Below the pieces are notes generated by a model. That model ran no database searches. It was given only the letters and a program-made list of their open reading frames with translations, and was not told the DNA's origin. A DNA stretch of 64,000 nt from Pseudomonadota bacterium (GTDB lineage Bacteria > Pseudomonadota > Alphaproteobacteria > Reyranellales > Reyranellaceae): positions 10,376-74,375 of the forward strand of contig JAFEFG010000004.1 of the NCBI GenBank assembly GCA_018240685.1. Direction: 5' to 3'. Shown here piece by piece: positions 48,599-58,853 of the stretch. Numbering within the stretch: position 1 is the first letter of the stretch; every line of letters begins with the position of its first letter. The position numbers and the translations under genes were made by a program.

Positions 48599-50179
48599 TC
48601 AGCGCTGCCGGAGGATCATCCCGGCCGCTCGTTCCGCTACCATGATCGTCGGTGCGTTGACGTTGCCGGAAACCATTCGGGGGAATACCGACGCATCCGC
48701 GACATGGAGGCCATCGATTCCGTGCACTTCGAGCGAGGCGGGATCGACGACGGCCATCGCGTCGGTCCCCATGCGGCAGGTACTCGTCGGATGATAGAGC
48801 GTCGTGCAGTGGCCGCGGACGAAGTGTGCGATTTCGGCCGTCGTCTCGCATCCGGCGCTGGGCGGGATTTCGTCTTCGATCAGGGCCGCGAGGGGCGCCT
48901 GCGCCGCGATACGGCGGTTCGTGCGCACCCCTTCGACCAGCGTCGCAAGGTCGGAGCCGCCCGCATCGCTTTCGAAATAGCGCGGATCGATGATCGGGTG
49001 ATCGAGAGGATCCGCCGAGCGCAGTCTGATTTCCCCGCGACTCTCGGGGCGCTGCAGGGTCGAATGCAGCGTGATGCCGGCCCGCGACGACAGATAGCGG
49101 GCATGATCACGATGGGGCGTGATCATGCCGTAGAGCTGCAGGTCCGGTTCCACGTCCGGCCGGCTCCGGACGAAGCCTCCGGCGGCAGCCCAGGGCGAGG
49201 TCCTCGGCCCCGTCCGGCGCGTGCGCCATTCCCGGAGGCTCTTCGCCAGGAACGTATCCGTCCAGCCGCCGATGCCGATCGGCTCGCGGGTATGGAAGGT
49301 GATCGGAACGTTGATGTGGTCCTGGAGGTCCTTGCCGACTCCGGGCAGATGATGCACCGGCTCGACACCGGCCATCCTCAATTCGTCTGCCGGCCCGATG
49401 CCCGAAAGCAGCAGCAGATGGCAGGATCCGATCGCTCCCGCGGAAAGGACGACACGCTCCGCGCGCACCACATGCAGACGGCCGTTGCGAAGATATTCGA
49501 CGCCGGCGGCGCGCCCGTTCTCGAGGAGGATGCGGGTCGTGAAGACGCCGGTCTCGACGGCGAGGTTGGGCCGGTCGAGCGCCGGGCGGAGATAGGCCTT
49601 GCCCGTGCCCCAGCGCTCGCCGTTCCTGACCGTCAGCTGAAAGAAGCCGACACCCGACTGATCGGATCCGTTGAAGTCCGGATTGTGGCGGAAGCCCTCG
49701 GCCTTGCAGGCTTCGAGCCAGGCCAGTTCGGCCGGATCCACGTACGGGACGTTGCCGACATGGAGCGGCCCGCCCTGTCCGTGGAAGGCGTCGTCGATAT
49801 CGGCGTTGTGCTCCGACGCCTTGAAGGCGGGAAAGACGTCGGCCCATGACCAGCCCTTGCAGCCCAGCGCCGCCCAGAGGTCGTAATCGGAGGGCAGGCC
49901 ACGGATGTAGATCATCGCATTGAGCGCGCCGGATCCGCCGACCATCTTGCCGCGCGGCCAGAACAGACGGCGCCCGCGGCAGCCGGCCTGCGGCTCGGTA
50001 TGGTAGCCCCAGTCGACGGCCGTGTTGAACATGGTCGGCCAGTCGGAGGGGATGTCGGAGGCGAGGGGCGGCTGATGCCCGGCCTCCAGCAGCAGCACCT
50101 GGCAGGCAGGATCCACGCTCAGGCGATTGGCCAGGACGCAACCGGCCGAGCCCGCGCCGACAATGACGATATCGACCAA
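48599..50179 (-). CDS. GMC family oxidoreductase (choline/alcohol dehydrogenase-like)
   Basis: GAGSAG, RGKMVGGSGALNAM, YHPTSTCRMG, GNVNAP; TTG start inferred. Confidence 0.9.
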   Translation of the reverse strand: MVDIVIVGAGSAGCVLANRLSVDPACQVLLLEAGHQPPLASDIPSDWPTMFNTAVDWGYHTEPQAGCRGRRLFWPRGKMVGGSGALNAMIYIRGLPSDYDLWAALGCKGWSWADVFPAFKASEHNADIDDAFHGQGGPLHVGNVPYVDPAELAWLEACKAEGFRHNPDFNGSDQSGVGFFQLTVRNGERWGTGKAYLRPALDRPNLAVETGVFTTRILLENGRAAGVEYLRNGRLHVVRAERVVLSAGAIGSCHLLLLSGIGPADELRMAGVEPVHHLPGVGKDLQDHINVPITFHTREPIGIGGWTDTFLAKSLREWRTRRTGPRTSPWAAAGGFVRSRPDVEPDLQLYGMITPHRDHARYLSSRAGITLHSTLQRPESRGEIRLRSADPLDHPIIDPRYFESDAGGSDLATLVEGVRTNRRIAAQAPLAALIEDEIPPSAGCETTAEIAHFVRGHCTTLYHPTSTCRMGTDAMAVVDPASLEVHGIDGLHVADASVFPRMVSGNVNAPTIMVAERAAGMILRQR

Positions 50180-50191
50180 CGGCAGATCCGC

Positions 50192-50494
50192 TCAACTCTG
50201 CTTGGACGAGATCTCCGAGGCGGTGACGAGAGTCACCGGCCCGTCGAGGATCGGTCGCGCGATGTCGAAAAACCGCGCGACGACGGCCGAATTGTTGTGC
50301 CGATCCATGGCCGCACGGTCCTCGAAGCGTTCGTAGGTCGTGAAGACCGCCGGATCGCCTTCGTCCTGGGAGACGAAGAAGCTCAGGGTCTGAGCTTCGT
50401 TCTCCTGGACATGTCTGGCGACATCGAGAAGGGCCTGACGCATTGTCGCCTCAGAGCCCTTCTTCGCCCGGATGACCGCGGTGATCGTGATCAT
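50192..50494 (-). CDS. Antibiotic biosynthesis monooxygenase (ABM)-like protein
   Basis: About 100 aa; ITAVIRAKKG, FTTYERFED, AMDRHN. Confidence 0.85.
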   Translation of the reverse strand: MITITAVIRAKKGSEATMRQALLDVARHVQENEAQTLSFFVSQDEGDPAVFTTYERFEDRAAMDRHNNSAVVARFFDIARPILDGPVTLVTASEISSKQS

Positions 50495-50505
50495 CGCGCC
50501 GGTTC

Positions 50506-52020
50506 TTAGAACGTCTTCCAGTCGCCGGACGCCTCGAAGGCCGCGGCGGCGCGATAGATCGTGCTCTCGTCGTAATCCTTGCCGATGAGCATCAGGCCGA
50601 TCGGAAGGCCGTCGCTCATGCCGCAGGGCATGGACATGGCGGGATGGCCCGTGACGTCGAACTGCGAGGTCGTCCCGATCATCTCGAACGCGCGGCTGAT
50701 ATAGTCGGTCAGCGTGCAGCCCGGAGCCGGCAGCGGTGTCGCCTTCATGGGCAGCGTCGGCGACAGCAGCAGGTCATACTTGGCGAAGGCGGCGTCATAG
50801 GCGGCCTTCATGACGCGGGCGAGGTTCTGGGCCTTGGCATAGTAGCGGCCGCGATAGTGCTTGAGGCCGTACTGGCCGACCAGCATCGATATCTTGAGCG
50901 TGTCGGACAGGTCGTCTGCGCGCTGGCGCCAGGCAGAGTGGGCGTCGATCAGGGCGACGTCGTAATAGCCCTTCCAGTTGAAGCCCATGCCGTTGCCCAG
51001 CATCATCTGCGCCGTCAATCCTTCGAGGCCGATCGGCGCCCAGACCGCGGCGGTCATCGGATGTTCGGGGATCGACACCTCCTCGACGGTCGCGCCGAGC
51101 GACCGGAACCGTTCGGCGCCGGCCATGACCTTTTCGGTGACGTCGGGCTGCGTGCCGGGAACGACGAAGGCTTCCTTCAGGATGCCGATCTTCAGTCCCT
51201 TCACACCCTTGTCGAGCGCCTCCGTGTAGGCCGCGACCTTGGGGGCGTACTGACGCGGATCGAGCCCGTCGGCGCCGGCCAGGACCTCCAGCAGCAGGGC
51301 ATTGTCCTTCACTGTCCCGGTTATCGGTCCGGTGTGGTCGATCGTCGATTCGATCGGCATCACGCCCGTATAGGGCACGAGGCCGTGGGTGGGCTTCATG
51401 CCGTAGGTCCCGCAGAAGGAAGAGGGGATGCGGATCGAGCCACCCTGGTCACCGCCGATCGCCATGTCGACCTCGCCTGCGGCGACCAGCGCGGCGCTGC
51501 CGGATGAGGAACCGCCGGCCGAGTAGCCCATCTTGTGCGGGTTGTGGACGGGGCCGGGATCGGAGGTGTGGCTGCCGCCGGACAGGCAGAAGTGCTCGCA
51601 GACGGCCTTGCCCATGATCGTGGCGCCCGCGTCGAGCATGCGCGTCACGATGGTGGCGTCGGCGACCGGGATGAAGCCTTCGAGCGTCGAGGCGCCGTTC
51701 ATCATCGGCACGCCGGCCAGGCTGACATTGTCCTTGAGCACGACCTTCTTGCCGGCGAGCTTGCCCTGAGCGGCGCCTTTGACCGTGCTCTTGTAATACC
51801 AGGCGCCGTACTTGTTCTCGCCCGGACCGGGCCGATAGCCCGGCGTGCGGGGATATTTGACGGGCGGTACGTTGTCAGGAAGCGCGTCGACGAGGTCGTA
51901 GGCGTCGAAGTTCGGTTGCATGAGGGCGAGAAATTCGGTGGCCTTCTCCTCGGAGAAGTTCATGCCAAGTTCCTTCGCGATCTCGAGGATCTGGGCAACG
52001 TTCGGGCGGCTGATTGGCAT
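50506..52020 (-). CDS. Signature amidase, CX3C subgroup
   Basis: [29 protein letters not shown]; resembles nitrile hydratase-associated amidases. Confidence 0.9.
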   Translation of the reverse strand: MPISRPNVAQILEIAKELGMNFSEEKATEFLALMQPNFDAYDLVDALPDNVPPVKYPRTPGYRPGPGENKYGAWYYKSTVKGAAQGKLAGKKVVLKDNVSLAGVPMMNGASTLEGFIPVADATIVTRMLDAGATIMGKAVCEHFCLSGGSHTSDPGPVHNPHKMGYSAGGSSSGSAALVAAGEVDMAIGGDQGGSIRIPSSFCGTYGMKPTHGLVPYTGVMPIESTIDHTGPITGTVKDNALLLEVLAGADGLDPRQYAPKVAAYTEALDKGVKGLKIGILKEAFVVPGTQPDVTEKVMAGAERFRSLGATVEEVSIPEHPMTAAVWAPIGLEGLTAQMMLGNGMGFNWKGYYDVALIDAHSAWRQRADDLSDTLKISMLVGQYGLKHYRGRYYAKAQNLARVMKAAYDAAFAKYDLLLSPTLPMKATPLPAPGCTLTDYISRAFEMIGTTSQFDVTGHPAMSMPCGMSDGLPIGLMLIGKDYDESTIYRAAAAFEASGDWKTF

Positions 52021-52088
52021 TGGCTGTCCTTTCTGACTGGTACGGTGAAGATCGGAAAAAGTCCGGGTGCTGCGGCTGCGGGCTGGCG

Positions 52089-52796
52089 TCAGCTCATGGT
52101 CATGCCGACGTATTCGGCGATGGCGGCGGCATCCTTGAGGTCGGCCGGCATGATCTCGCGCGTGATGCGCCCCTTCTGGATGGTGAGAACGCGCTCCGAG
52201 AGGGAGGCGATGAAATCCAGATTCTGCTCGACCAGGATCATGGCGATGCCGTGCTTCTGCTTCAGCCGTAGCAGCGTCTCGATGATCTCGTCGATGATCG
52301 ACGGTTGGATGCCCTCGGTGGGCTCGTCGAGCAGCACGACGCGCGGCCGCGTACAGAGGCAGCGCGCCAGCGCCAGAAGCTGCTGCTCGCCTCCCGAGAG
52401 GGCGCCGCCGCTTCGGTCGAGCAGGCGGACCAGCCGTGGAAACTCGGTCAGCACGTCGTCGATGACCGAAATATCCTCCTTCTTCGCGCTGGCGAGACCC
52501 ATGCGCAGGTTCTCGTGCACGGTGAGCGAGGGGAAGATTTCGCGGCCCTGGGGAACGAGGCCGATGCCGAGCCGCGAGCGTTCGTGGACCGGCAGTCTCG
52601 TGATGTCGCGCCCATCGAAGGAGATGCTGCCGCCGGTCGCCTTGATGTGCCCCATCAGGGTGCGCATCAGGGTCGTCTTGCCCATGCCGTTGTGGCCGAG
52701 GATGCCGAGATACTCGCCCTCGCGAAGGGAGAAATCGACGCCCGTGAGGATGGGGATGCGGCCGTAGGCGGCCTGGAGTCCTTTTACCTCGAGCAT
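52089..52796 (-). CDS. ABC ATPase (UrtE/LivF-like)
   Basis: [27 protein letters not shown]. Confidence 0.92.
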   Translation of the reverse strand: MLEVKGLQAAYGRIPILTGVDFSLREGEYLGILGHNGMGKTTLMRTLMGHIKATGGSISFDGRDITRLPVHERSRLGIGLVPQGREIFPSLTVHENLRMGLASAKKEDISVIDDVLTEFPRLVRLLDRSGGALSGGEQQLLALARCLCTRPRVVLLDEPTEGIQPSIIDEIIETLLRLKQKHGIAMILVEQNLDFIASLSERVLTIQKGRITREIMPADLKDAAAIAEYVGMTMS

Positions 52797-53524
52797 CAGG
52801 CGGCCACCTTCTTGCCGAGATAGACGTCGCGCACGCGCTCGTCGTGCATGACGGCGTCGATCTTGTCCTCCATCAGGATCTGTCCCTGATGGAACACGGT
52901 GACGGTCTTGGCGATCATCTTGATGAACTGCATGTCGTGCTCGACGACGATCAGCGCGCGAGTCTGGTTGATCTCGCGGATGATCTCCGCGGTACGCACG
53001 GTTTCCTCGTCCGTCATGCCGGCCGCGGGCTCGTCGAGAAGGATCAGGTCCGGTTCGCCGGCAAGGACGGTGCCGATCTCGACCCACTGCCGCTGACCGT
53101 GGGAGAGCTGGCCGACCAGGTCGTCGGCGCGCGGGGTAAGCGCGATCTTCTCGAGGATCTCGTCGACCAGGCGCTTGGCCTGCACGGGCGTGTTGCGACG
53201 CCGTGCGGCGAGCCAGACGTTCTCGCGTACGGGCAGGCCGTTGAAGACGTTGGGCACCTGCGTCTTGATGCCGATCCCCAGCCGGGCGATCTCGTGTGAG
53301 GCGGCGCCGGCGATCGGCGTGCCGCGAAACGCGATCGTACCGGCACTTGGGGTGAGCTGGCCGGTGAGCATCTTGAAGAAGGTGCTCTTGCCGGCGCCGT
53401 TGGGGCCGATCAGGCAGCGCAGCTCGACCTCGCGCAGGGTGAAGTCGATGTTGTTGACCGCGACCACACCGCCAAAACGCATGGTGAGATTGCGGGCCTC
53501 GAGCAGGGGGACCGGCGGCGTCAT
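52796..53524 (-). CDS. ABC ATPase (UrtD/LivG-like)
   Basis: [27 protein letters not shown]. Confidence 0.92.
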   Translation of the reverse strand: MTPPVPLLEARNLTMRFGGVVAVNNIDFTLREVELRCLIGPNGAGKSTFFKMLTGQLTPSAGTIAFRGTPIAGAASHEIARLGIGIKTQVPNVFNGLPVRENVWLAARRRNTPVQAKRLVDEILEKIALTPRADDLVGQLSHGQRQWVEIGTVLAGEPDLILLDEPAAGMTDEETVRTAEIIREINQTRALIVVEHDMQFIKMIAKTVTVFHQGQILMEDKIDAVMHDERVRDVYLGKKVAA

Positions 53525-54570
53525 TGGCGAGCCTCGGCCGGACGTTCGGCGACGGTTGTCTTCGCCGCCGTACGCGACGGCGCGGCAATTGCCCGGCCGG
53601 CCAGCGTGCGGAGCGTCGGTATCAGCCCTTGCGGCAGCAACAGAACGAAGACGATCAGGATGGCGCCGAGGGCGAGATTCGAGTTGAAGGTCTGCTGCGT
53701 TCCGATCTGGCTGTCGAGATACTGGATCATGAAGCAGCCGACGACGGGGCCGATCAGCGTCCCGAGACCGCCGACCGTGACCCAGATGATGATCTCTGCC
53801 GACAGCGAAAGGGCGAAGATGGTCGGGCTCACGAAGGCGCCCCAGTTCACGTACAGCGCGCCGCCCAGGCCCGCGACCGCGCCGCCGACGACGAAGACGC
53901 CGAGCTTTATCAGGCGCGGGTCGTATCCCAGCAGCGAGGCGCGCACTTCGTTTTCGCGCACAGCGACGGCGATACGGCCGAAGGGGCTGCGCAGTAGCAG
54001 GCGCAGGGCGACATAGACGAAGATCAGTGCGCCGCCCGTGGCGTACCAGCCCTGCGTCGGATCGAGCACCATCGACGGGTTCCCGGGCATGTTGAAGGTG
54101 GGCACCGACGGCATGCCATTGAAGCCGCCAAGTGCCGCCGCTCCGATGCGGTACTCGTCGCCGGCCGTCGCGTTCACGACGTTGAACAGGATCAGGGTGA
54201 CGGTCAGCGTGATCACGCCGAGATAGACGTCGCTGATGCGGCCGTAGAAGACAAAGTAGCCGAGTATCGCCGCGAACACCGCCGGAAGCGCGATGGCGAT
54301 GCCGATGGCGCCGGTCGAATCGCCGAGATTGATCACCGACACGGCGTAGGCGTAGCCGCCCAGGCCGAAGAAGGCTGTCTGACCGAAGGAGAGGATGCCG
54401 CCGTAGCCCCAGATGAATCCCAGGCTGAGCGCCAGCACGCCCATGGCGGCGAACAGCGTGAACTGCATCAGGGTGAAGATTTCGACGAATTCGGGGACGG
54501 CGATCAGTGCCGCAACCGCGGCCGCGAGCGCCGCCCAGTTGAGAAGGGGCCTGCCGGCAAAACGCGTCAT
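53521..54570 (-). CDS. ABC permease (UrtC/LivM-like)
   Basis: WGYGGILSFGQTAFFGLGGY, GGFNG, WVTVGGLGTLIGP. Confidence 0.9.
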   Translation of the reverse strand: MTRFAGRPLLNWAALAAAVAALIAVPEFVEIFTLMQFTLFAAMGVLALSLGFIWGYGGILSFGQTAFFGLGGYAYAVSVINLGDSTGAIGIAIALPAVFAAILGYFVFYGRISDVYLGVITLTVTLILFNVVNATAGDEYRIGAAALGGFNGMPSVPTFNMPGNPSMVLDPTQGWYATGGALIFVYVALRLLLRSPFGRIAVAVRENEVRASLLGYDPRLIKLGVFVVGGAVAGLGGALYVNWGAFVSPTIFALSLSAEIIIWVTVGGLGTLIGPVVGCFMIQYLDSQIGTQQTFNSNLALGAILIVFVLLLPQGLIPTLRTLAGRAIAAPSRTAAKTTVAERPAEARQ

Positions 54571-54571
54571 G

Positions 54572-55438
54572 TCACAGGCTTCCCTTGAAGAAGCGTCCCG
54601 ATATGCCCTGGGGAAGGATGCGGATCAGGATGATGGCGGAGATGAAGAGGATCACTTCGCCGAAGACCGGAGTCGTGAAATAGGAACCGAGCTGGTTGAT
54701 GAGCCCGAAGAGGCCGGAAGCAGAGGCGGTACCGGCGAGGATCGCGGAGCCGCCGCCGACGACCGTGATGAAGGCCTTGGCCACGTAGGCGGCGCCCATC
54801 GTAGGCACCACGCCCGAAACGGGGGCCAGCAGTCCTCCCGCGAGACCGGTGATGGCAGCGCCGATGCCGAACGACATCATGTAGATGCGGCTGGGGTTGA
54901 CGCCCAGCGTCGCCGCCATGCCCGGGTTCTGCATGGTGGCGCGCGCCACGAGGCCGAAGCGCGTGCGACGCATGACGACGTACACCAGCGCCAGCATGAC
55001 CAGCGCGACCGCGGCGAGGAAGAGCGTGTAGTAGCTGGACTTGTAGGCGCCGACCGAAAAGCCGCCGAGCGGCGTCGGCACGCCCTTGATCGTATTGCCG
55101 TAGAGGGTCGTGACGAGGCCGACGATCAGCAGGCTCAGGCCCCAGGTCGCGAGCATGGTGTCGACGAGGCGTCCGTAGAGGAAGCGGATCAGGCAGCGCT
55201 CGATCACGATGCCGACCACACCGACGAAGAGCGGTGCCACGACGAGCATTGCGATCCAGATGTTGAGCCCGGCATTGGCCGAGATGACCGTGGCATAGGC
55301 GCCGAGCATCACGAACTCGCCGTGGGCGAGGTTGATGACGCGCATCATGCCGAAGATGATGGCAAGGCCCAGACACAGCAGCACGAGCGATGCCGCGCCG
55401 TTGAGCACGTCCAGAGCGATGATGAAGGCGAGGTCCAT
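54572..55438 (-). CDS. ABC permease (UrtB/LivH-like)
   Basis: GLAIIFGMMRVINLAHGEF, DTMLATWG, AFITVVGGG. Confidence 0.9.
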   Translation of the reverse strand: MDLAFIIALDVLNGAASLVLLCLGLAIIFGMMRVINLAHGEFVMLGAYATVISANAGLNIWIAMLVVAPLFVGVVGIVIERCLIRFLYGRLVDTMLATWGLSLLIVGLVTTLYGNTIKGVPTPLGGFSVGAYKSSYYTLFLAAVALVMLALVYVVMRRTRFGLVARATMQNPGMAATLGVNPSRIYMMSFGIGAAITGLAGGLLAPVSGVVPTMGAAYVAKAFITVVGGGSAILAGTASASGLFGLINQLGSYFTTPVFGEVILFISAIILIRILPQGISGRFFKGSL

Positions 55439-55558
55439 GAGATCAAGCTCGTTTCCGTCACGGCCGGCCGGCAGGGCGCCGGCCGCCACAAGATCGGGTT
55501 GGGCGCCGGCCCGAACGAACGGGACGCGGCGACCGCTATGCCGAATGAGCCGCGTCGC

Positions 55559-56794
55559 TCAGATCTTGATCACGTACTGCTGGTTGTCGGTCGGCTTCTT
55601 GATCAGGTCGCAGACGCCGGCAGTGTCGAGCGGCTTCTGCTGTTCGTAGGTCTCGATCACCGACCACTTCTTGTCCTTGGCCACGGCGAGGTAGGCGTTG
55701 CGGATCGCATGGTGCGTCGCATGGTCGAGGACGACCTTGCCGCTTGGCCCGTCGTAGGAGATGCCGCCTTCCAGCGCCGCTACGACCTTGTCGCGCTCGA
55801 TGGAGTTCGCCGCCTTCACGCCTGCCGCCCAGAGGTAGAAGCCCTCGTAGGTGGCTGCAGCGAGTTCGCTAATATAGGGAATGTCGGGGAACTTGGCCTT
55901 GAGCTTCTTCACGTAGCTCGTGCTCGCCGGAGTCGTCAGCTCCTCGAAATAGCCGTATGCGCCGATGACGCCGTCGCTCTCCTTCTCGTCGAGGGTCGAC
56001 GGCTCGTTGACGAGCCCGAAGGTCGTCGAGGCGATGGGGATCTGCGCCTTCATTCCGGCCGACGTCCACTGGCGGTAGAACGAGGTGTGGTTGCCGCCGA
56101 CGAGGGCGGAGAGCAGGAGATCCGGCTTGGCTGCCTGGATCTTGCTGATGGTGGGGCCGAAGTTGGTGACGTCGAGCGGGAAGAAGTCGACCGAGAGGAT
56201 CTCGCCGCCATTGTCCTTGACGTACTTGGTCATCCACTTGGCGGTGATCTGGCCGTAATTGTAGTCGGCCGCGATGATGTAGGCCTTCTTGCCCGACTTC
56301 TTCATCGCGTAGGGAACGAGCTTCTCCACCGTCTGGGCCGGCGTCGTGCCGGTGCAGAAGGTGTTGCGGTCGCAGACGCCGCCTTCGTAGAGCGTGTTGT
56401 AGAAGTACAGCACCTTGAAGCGGTCGAAGGTCGGCCGGATCGCCTCGCGCGACGCCGAGGTGATGCCGCCATGGACGACGGCGACCTTGTCCTTGAGCGC
56501 GAGCTGCTGGGCGTACTGGGAGTACATCTGGATGTTCGACTGGGTGTCGTAGTGGACCAGCTTGAGCGGCCGGCCGAGCAGGCCGCCCGCGGCGTTCATC
56601 TCCTCGATGGCGAGGATCAGGCTGTCGACCATGGGCACGCCCGACGCCGCGATCGGTCCCGACTGGTCGTGCAGGCTGCCGACGAGGATCGGCGCGTCGG
56701 CGCCGAAGGCTCGGCTGGTCAGGAGGGCTGGTGAAGCCAGCGCCGCCGATGCGGACAAGGTTGCCTTAAGAACGCTGCGTCGCGGAAGCCGCAT
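55559..56794 (-). CDS. Urea/amide ABC substrate-binding protein (UrtA-like) with Tat signal
   Basis: RRSVLK Tat motif; GGITSASRE, YEGG, DYNYG. Confidence 0.9.
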   Translation of the reverse strand: MRLPRRSVLKATLSASAALASPALLTSRAFGADAPILVGSLHDQSGPIAASGVPMVDSLILAIEEMNAAGGLLGRPLKLVHYDTQSNIQMYSQYAQQLALKDKVAVVHGGITSASREAIRPTFDRFKVLYFYNTLYEGGVCDRNTFCTGTTPAQTVEKLVPYAMKKSGKKAYIIAADYNYGQITAKWMTKYVKDNGGEILSVDFFPLDVTNFGPTISKIQAAKPDLLLSALVGGNHTSFYRQWTSAGMKAQIPIASTTFGLVNEPSTLDEKESDGVIGAYGYFEELTTPASTSYVKKLKAKFPDIPYISELAAATYEGFYLWAAGVKAANSIERDKVVAALEGGISYDGPSGKVVLDHATHHAIRNAYLAVAKDKKWSVIETYEQQKPLDTAGVCDLIKKPTDNQQYVIKI

Positions 56795-56836
56795 GGAAAA
56801 TCCTCTGATCGAAAGCGGCGTCGTCGCCGCGGCAAA

Positions 56837-56881
56837 ATTATATGAAAACGAAACAATCCAAACCGCAAGTAATTTATTGCG
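56837..56881 (-). promoter_or_regulatory. AT-rich promoter region of the UrtA-like gene
   Basis: TATAAT on the minus strand (56837-56842) with no well-spaced -35; CGCAA-N8-TTGCG inverted repeat at 56864-56881. Confidence 0.45.
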
Positions 56882-56933
56882 CCGGTCCTTCGCCAAGTCG
56901 TCGCGGCGTGTAGCGCTTCGGTCGATCGATGCG

Positions 56934-57977
56934 TTATCGCGCGCCGATGACCCGGAAGGCGCAATCCTCGACGGTGGCGAGATGGATCGGCCGGCTGATG
57001 CCCGCGACGGCCGTCACGTCGGTGCCGCGCGCCGTACGGCTTTGCAGCGCGCGGCCGACGCGCCGGCGCAATGCCGGTGGCTGCAGCGCGCCGGCGGCCG
57101 TGACGAGGCTGGCGAGGCAATGGATGCCTTCGTAGCAGGACTGACCGAAGGCGTTGATGGGCGGCGGCGTATCGCCGAACGAGTCATGATAGCGTTCCAG
57201 GAACGCATCGTTGTTGCGCGACCTCAGCGTCGAGAAGTAGGCCGAGGTTGCGTAGAAGTCCTCGGTCGCCTTCGGGCCGATCGCGTAGAGGATCGTCTCG
57301 TCGATCCCCGAGGTGAAGCGCACGCAGTGCCGCGCCAGCCCGGCTTCCGCGAAGGCGCGGTTGAAGCCGATCGCTTCGTAGCCGAGGAGATAGGGCATGA
57401 CGACGTCGGCCCGCGTGCGCCGGATGGCATCGAGGATCGCGTCGTAATCTTCAAAGCCGAACGGCAGTATCGATTCGCCCACCACCAGCCCGCCGGCGTC
57501 GCGGATCATGCGCTTGGCTTTGGCGAAGGTGGCGCGCGGCCAGACATAGTCGTTGCCGACGAGGTAATAGCGCCGCGTGCCCTTGCCGCGGCTCAGCCAT
57601 TCGATTCCCGGTCCCAGCAGCTCGTCCGACGTTTCGCCGACCGTGAGCACGCCCGAGTCGTGCTCGTCGCCCTCGAACTGGGGCGTATAGACAAAGGGCA
57701 CGCGCCCGCGGACGGCCCGTGAGACGGGCTTGCGCGCGTAGCTCGGCACCATGGCCACGATCGCATCGACCCGCTCGATATCCATGGCCGCTTCCGCCGC
57801 TTCGGCGGCGTCGGCGCCGGTACTGCCGGCGTTGCTGATGACGAGATCCAGTTCCTGGCCCAGCAGCCCGCCGGCCGCGTTGATCTCGGCGATCGCCATG
57901 ACGGCACTCGCCTCGGCCGACGGGGCCCAGATCCCCGCGGGTCCTTCGAGTGACGTCAACAGGCCAATCCGGATCAT
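56934..57977 (-). CDS. AmiC-like cytoplasmic amide-sensing protein (periplasmic binding protein fold)
   Basis: No signal peptide (MIRIGLL); PQFEG, GNDYVWPR; AmiC/UrtA family pattern. Confidence 0.82.
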   Translation of the reverse strand: MIRIGLLTSLEGPAGIWAPSAEASAVMAIAEINAAGGLLGQELDLVISNAGSTGADAAEAAEAAMDIERVDAIVAMVPSYARKPVSRAVRGRVPFVYTPQFEGDEHDSGVLTVGETSDELLGPGIEWLSRGKGTRRYYLVGNDYVWPRATFAKAKRMIRDAGGLVVGESILPFGFEDYDAILDAIRRTRADVVMPYLLGYEAIGFNRAFAEAGLARHCVRFTSGIDETILYAIGPKATEDFYATSAYFSTLRSRNNDAFLERYHDSFGDTPPPINAFGQSCYEGIHCLASLVTAAGALQPPALRRRVGRALQSRTARGTDVTAVAGISRPIHLATVEDCAFRVIGAR

Positions 57978-58134
57978 ATGAATGTGCCCCAAGGTGAAGG
58001 CGAACGGGACGCAGACCTGCCCTCGTTCCGCGGGCATCGTCCCTGGGGGCGGCGAGGCGGTCCGGTTGCGGCGATACCGGGATTTCGCGCCATCGCAATC
58101 GTTGCGTGAACGCCTCAAAGGACAAAAAAATCAA

Positions 58135-58150
58135 AGCAGTTATCGTGCCA
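58135..58150 (-). promoter_or_regulatory. Sigma54 (-24/-12) promoter of the AmiC-like gene
   Basis: Minus strand TGGCAC-GATAA-CTGCT, exact GG-N10-GC spacing. Confidence 0.65.
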
Positions 58151-58234
58151 ATTAACCCTCGGATCGGCGGCATTTGTCAAACGCATGGCTAGTTCGCGGT
58201 CGAAGTGCTTGAAGTTGCTGGGCTCGTTCGGCTA

Positions 58235-58256
58235 GATACCTGAAAATTCAAGTATC
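58235..58256. promoter_or_regulatory. Palindromic operator, probably bound by the adjacent MarR
   Basis: GATAC-c-TGAA-aa-TTCA-a-GTATC, ending 18 nt before the MarR start. Confidence 0.65.
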
Positions 58257-58274
58257 AAGGAACGGACCCCGCCC

Positions 58275-58700
58275 GTGCCGCGCTCGGACAGAATGGAAGA
58301 TCAGCTTGCCTACCTTATCGCAAGCGTGAACCGGCAGCTCGAGAACGACCTCGAGGAGAAGCTCAAGGAAGAGGGGGTGGCCCTCGAACATTTCCGGATC
58401 CTGAGCGCGCTATCGTCCCAGAGCGGGCTGGCGATGGGTGAACTCGCCCATCGGGTCCTGGTCGATTCGACCACGCTCACCAAGATCATCGACAAGATGA
58501 CGGCCGAGGCGCTGGTCTACCGTGCGCCCGACCCCGGCGACCGCCGCAAGGTGCTGGTTTTCCTCGCCTCCAAGGGGCTGGCGCTGCACAAGAAGCTGAA
58601 GGGCCTGGCGGTCCAGCAGCAGCGCGACATCCTCGGCACGCTCGATGCGGAGGGGGCCGGCAAGCTCGAAGCCATCCTCCGGGCGATGATGCAGGGATAA
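58275..58700 (+). CDS. MarR family regulator
   Basis: TLTKIIDKM, DPGDRRKV wing motif. Alternative start ATG at 58293. Confidence 0.9.
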   Translation: MPRSDRMEDQLAYLIASVNRQLENDLEEKLKEEGVALEHFRILSALSSQSGLAMGELAHRVLVDSTTLTKIIDKMTAEALVYRAPDPGDRRKVLVFLASKGLALHKKLKGLAVQQQRDILGTLDAEGAGKLEAILRAMMQG

Positions 58701-58853
58701 TCTCGCCCCGCTGCCGATTCTTTCCCCGGTGTCGGGCCTGGTCCGAAGGGCCACGACCGTATGCTCGCCCGTCGACATGAAGATTCGCCGTATTACCGGC
58801 TCGGCCTTTGCCGCTGGCGGTGGCATGATCGGCGACGCTGAATTGGAGAACCC

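Noticed and set aside
46316-49849. 1177-aa plus-strand ORF
   Set aside because: Antisense shadow of the glycosidase and GMC genes.
56880-56910. Sigma54 promoter for the UrtA-like gene (TGGCGAAGGACCGGC)
   Set aside because: GG-N10-GC spacing holds but the flanks do not match TGGCAC/TTGC; likely chance in GC-rich DNA.
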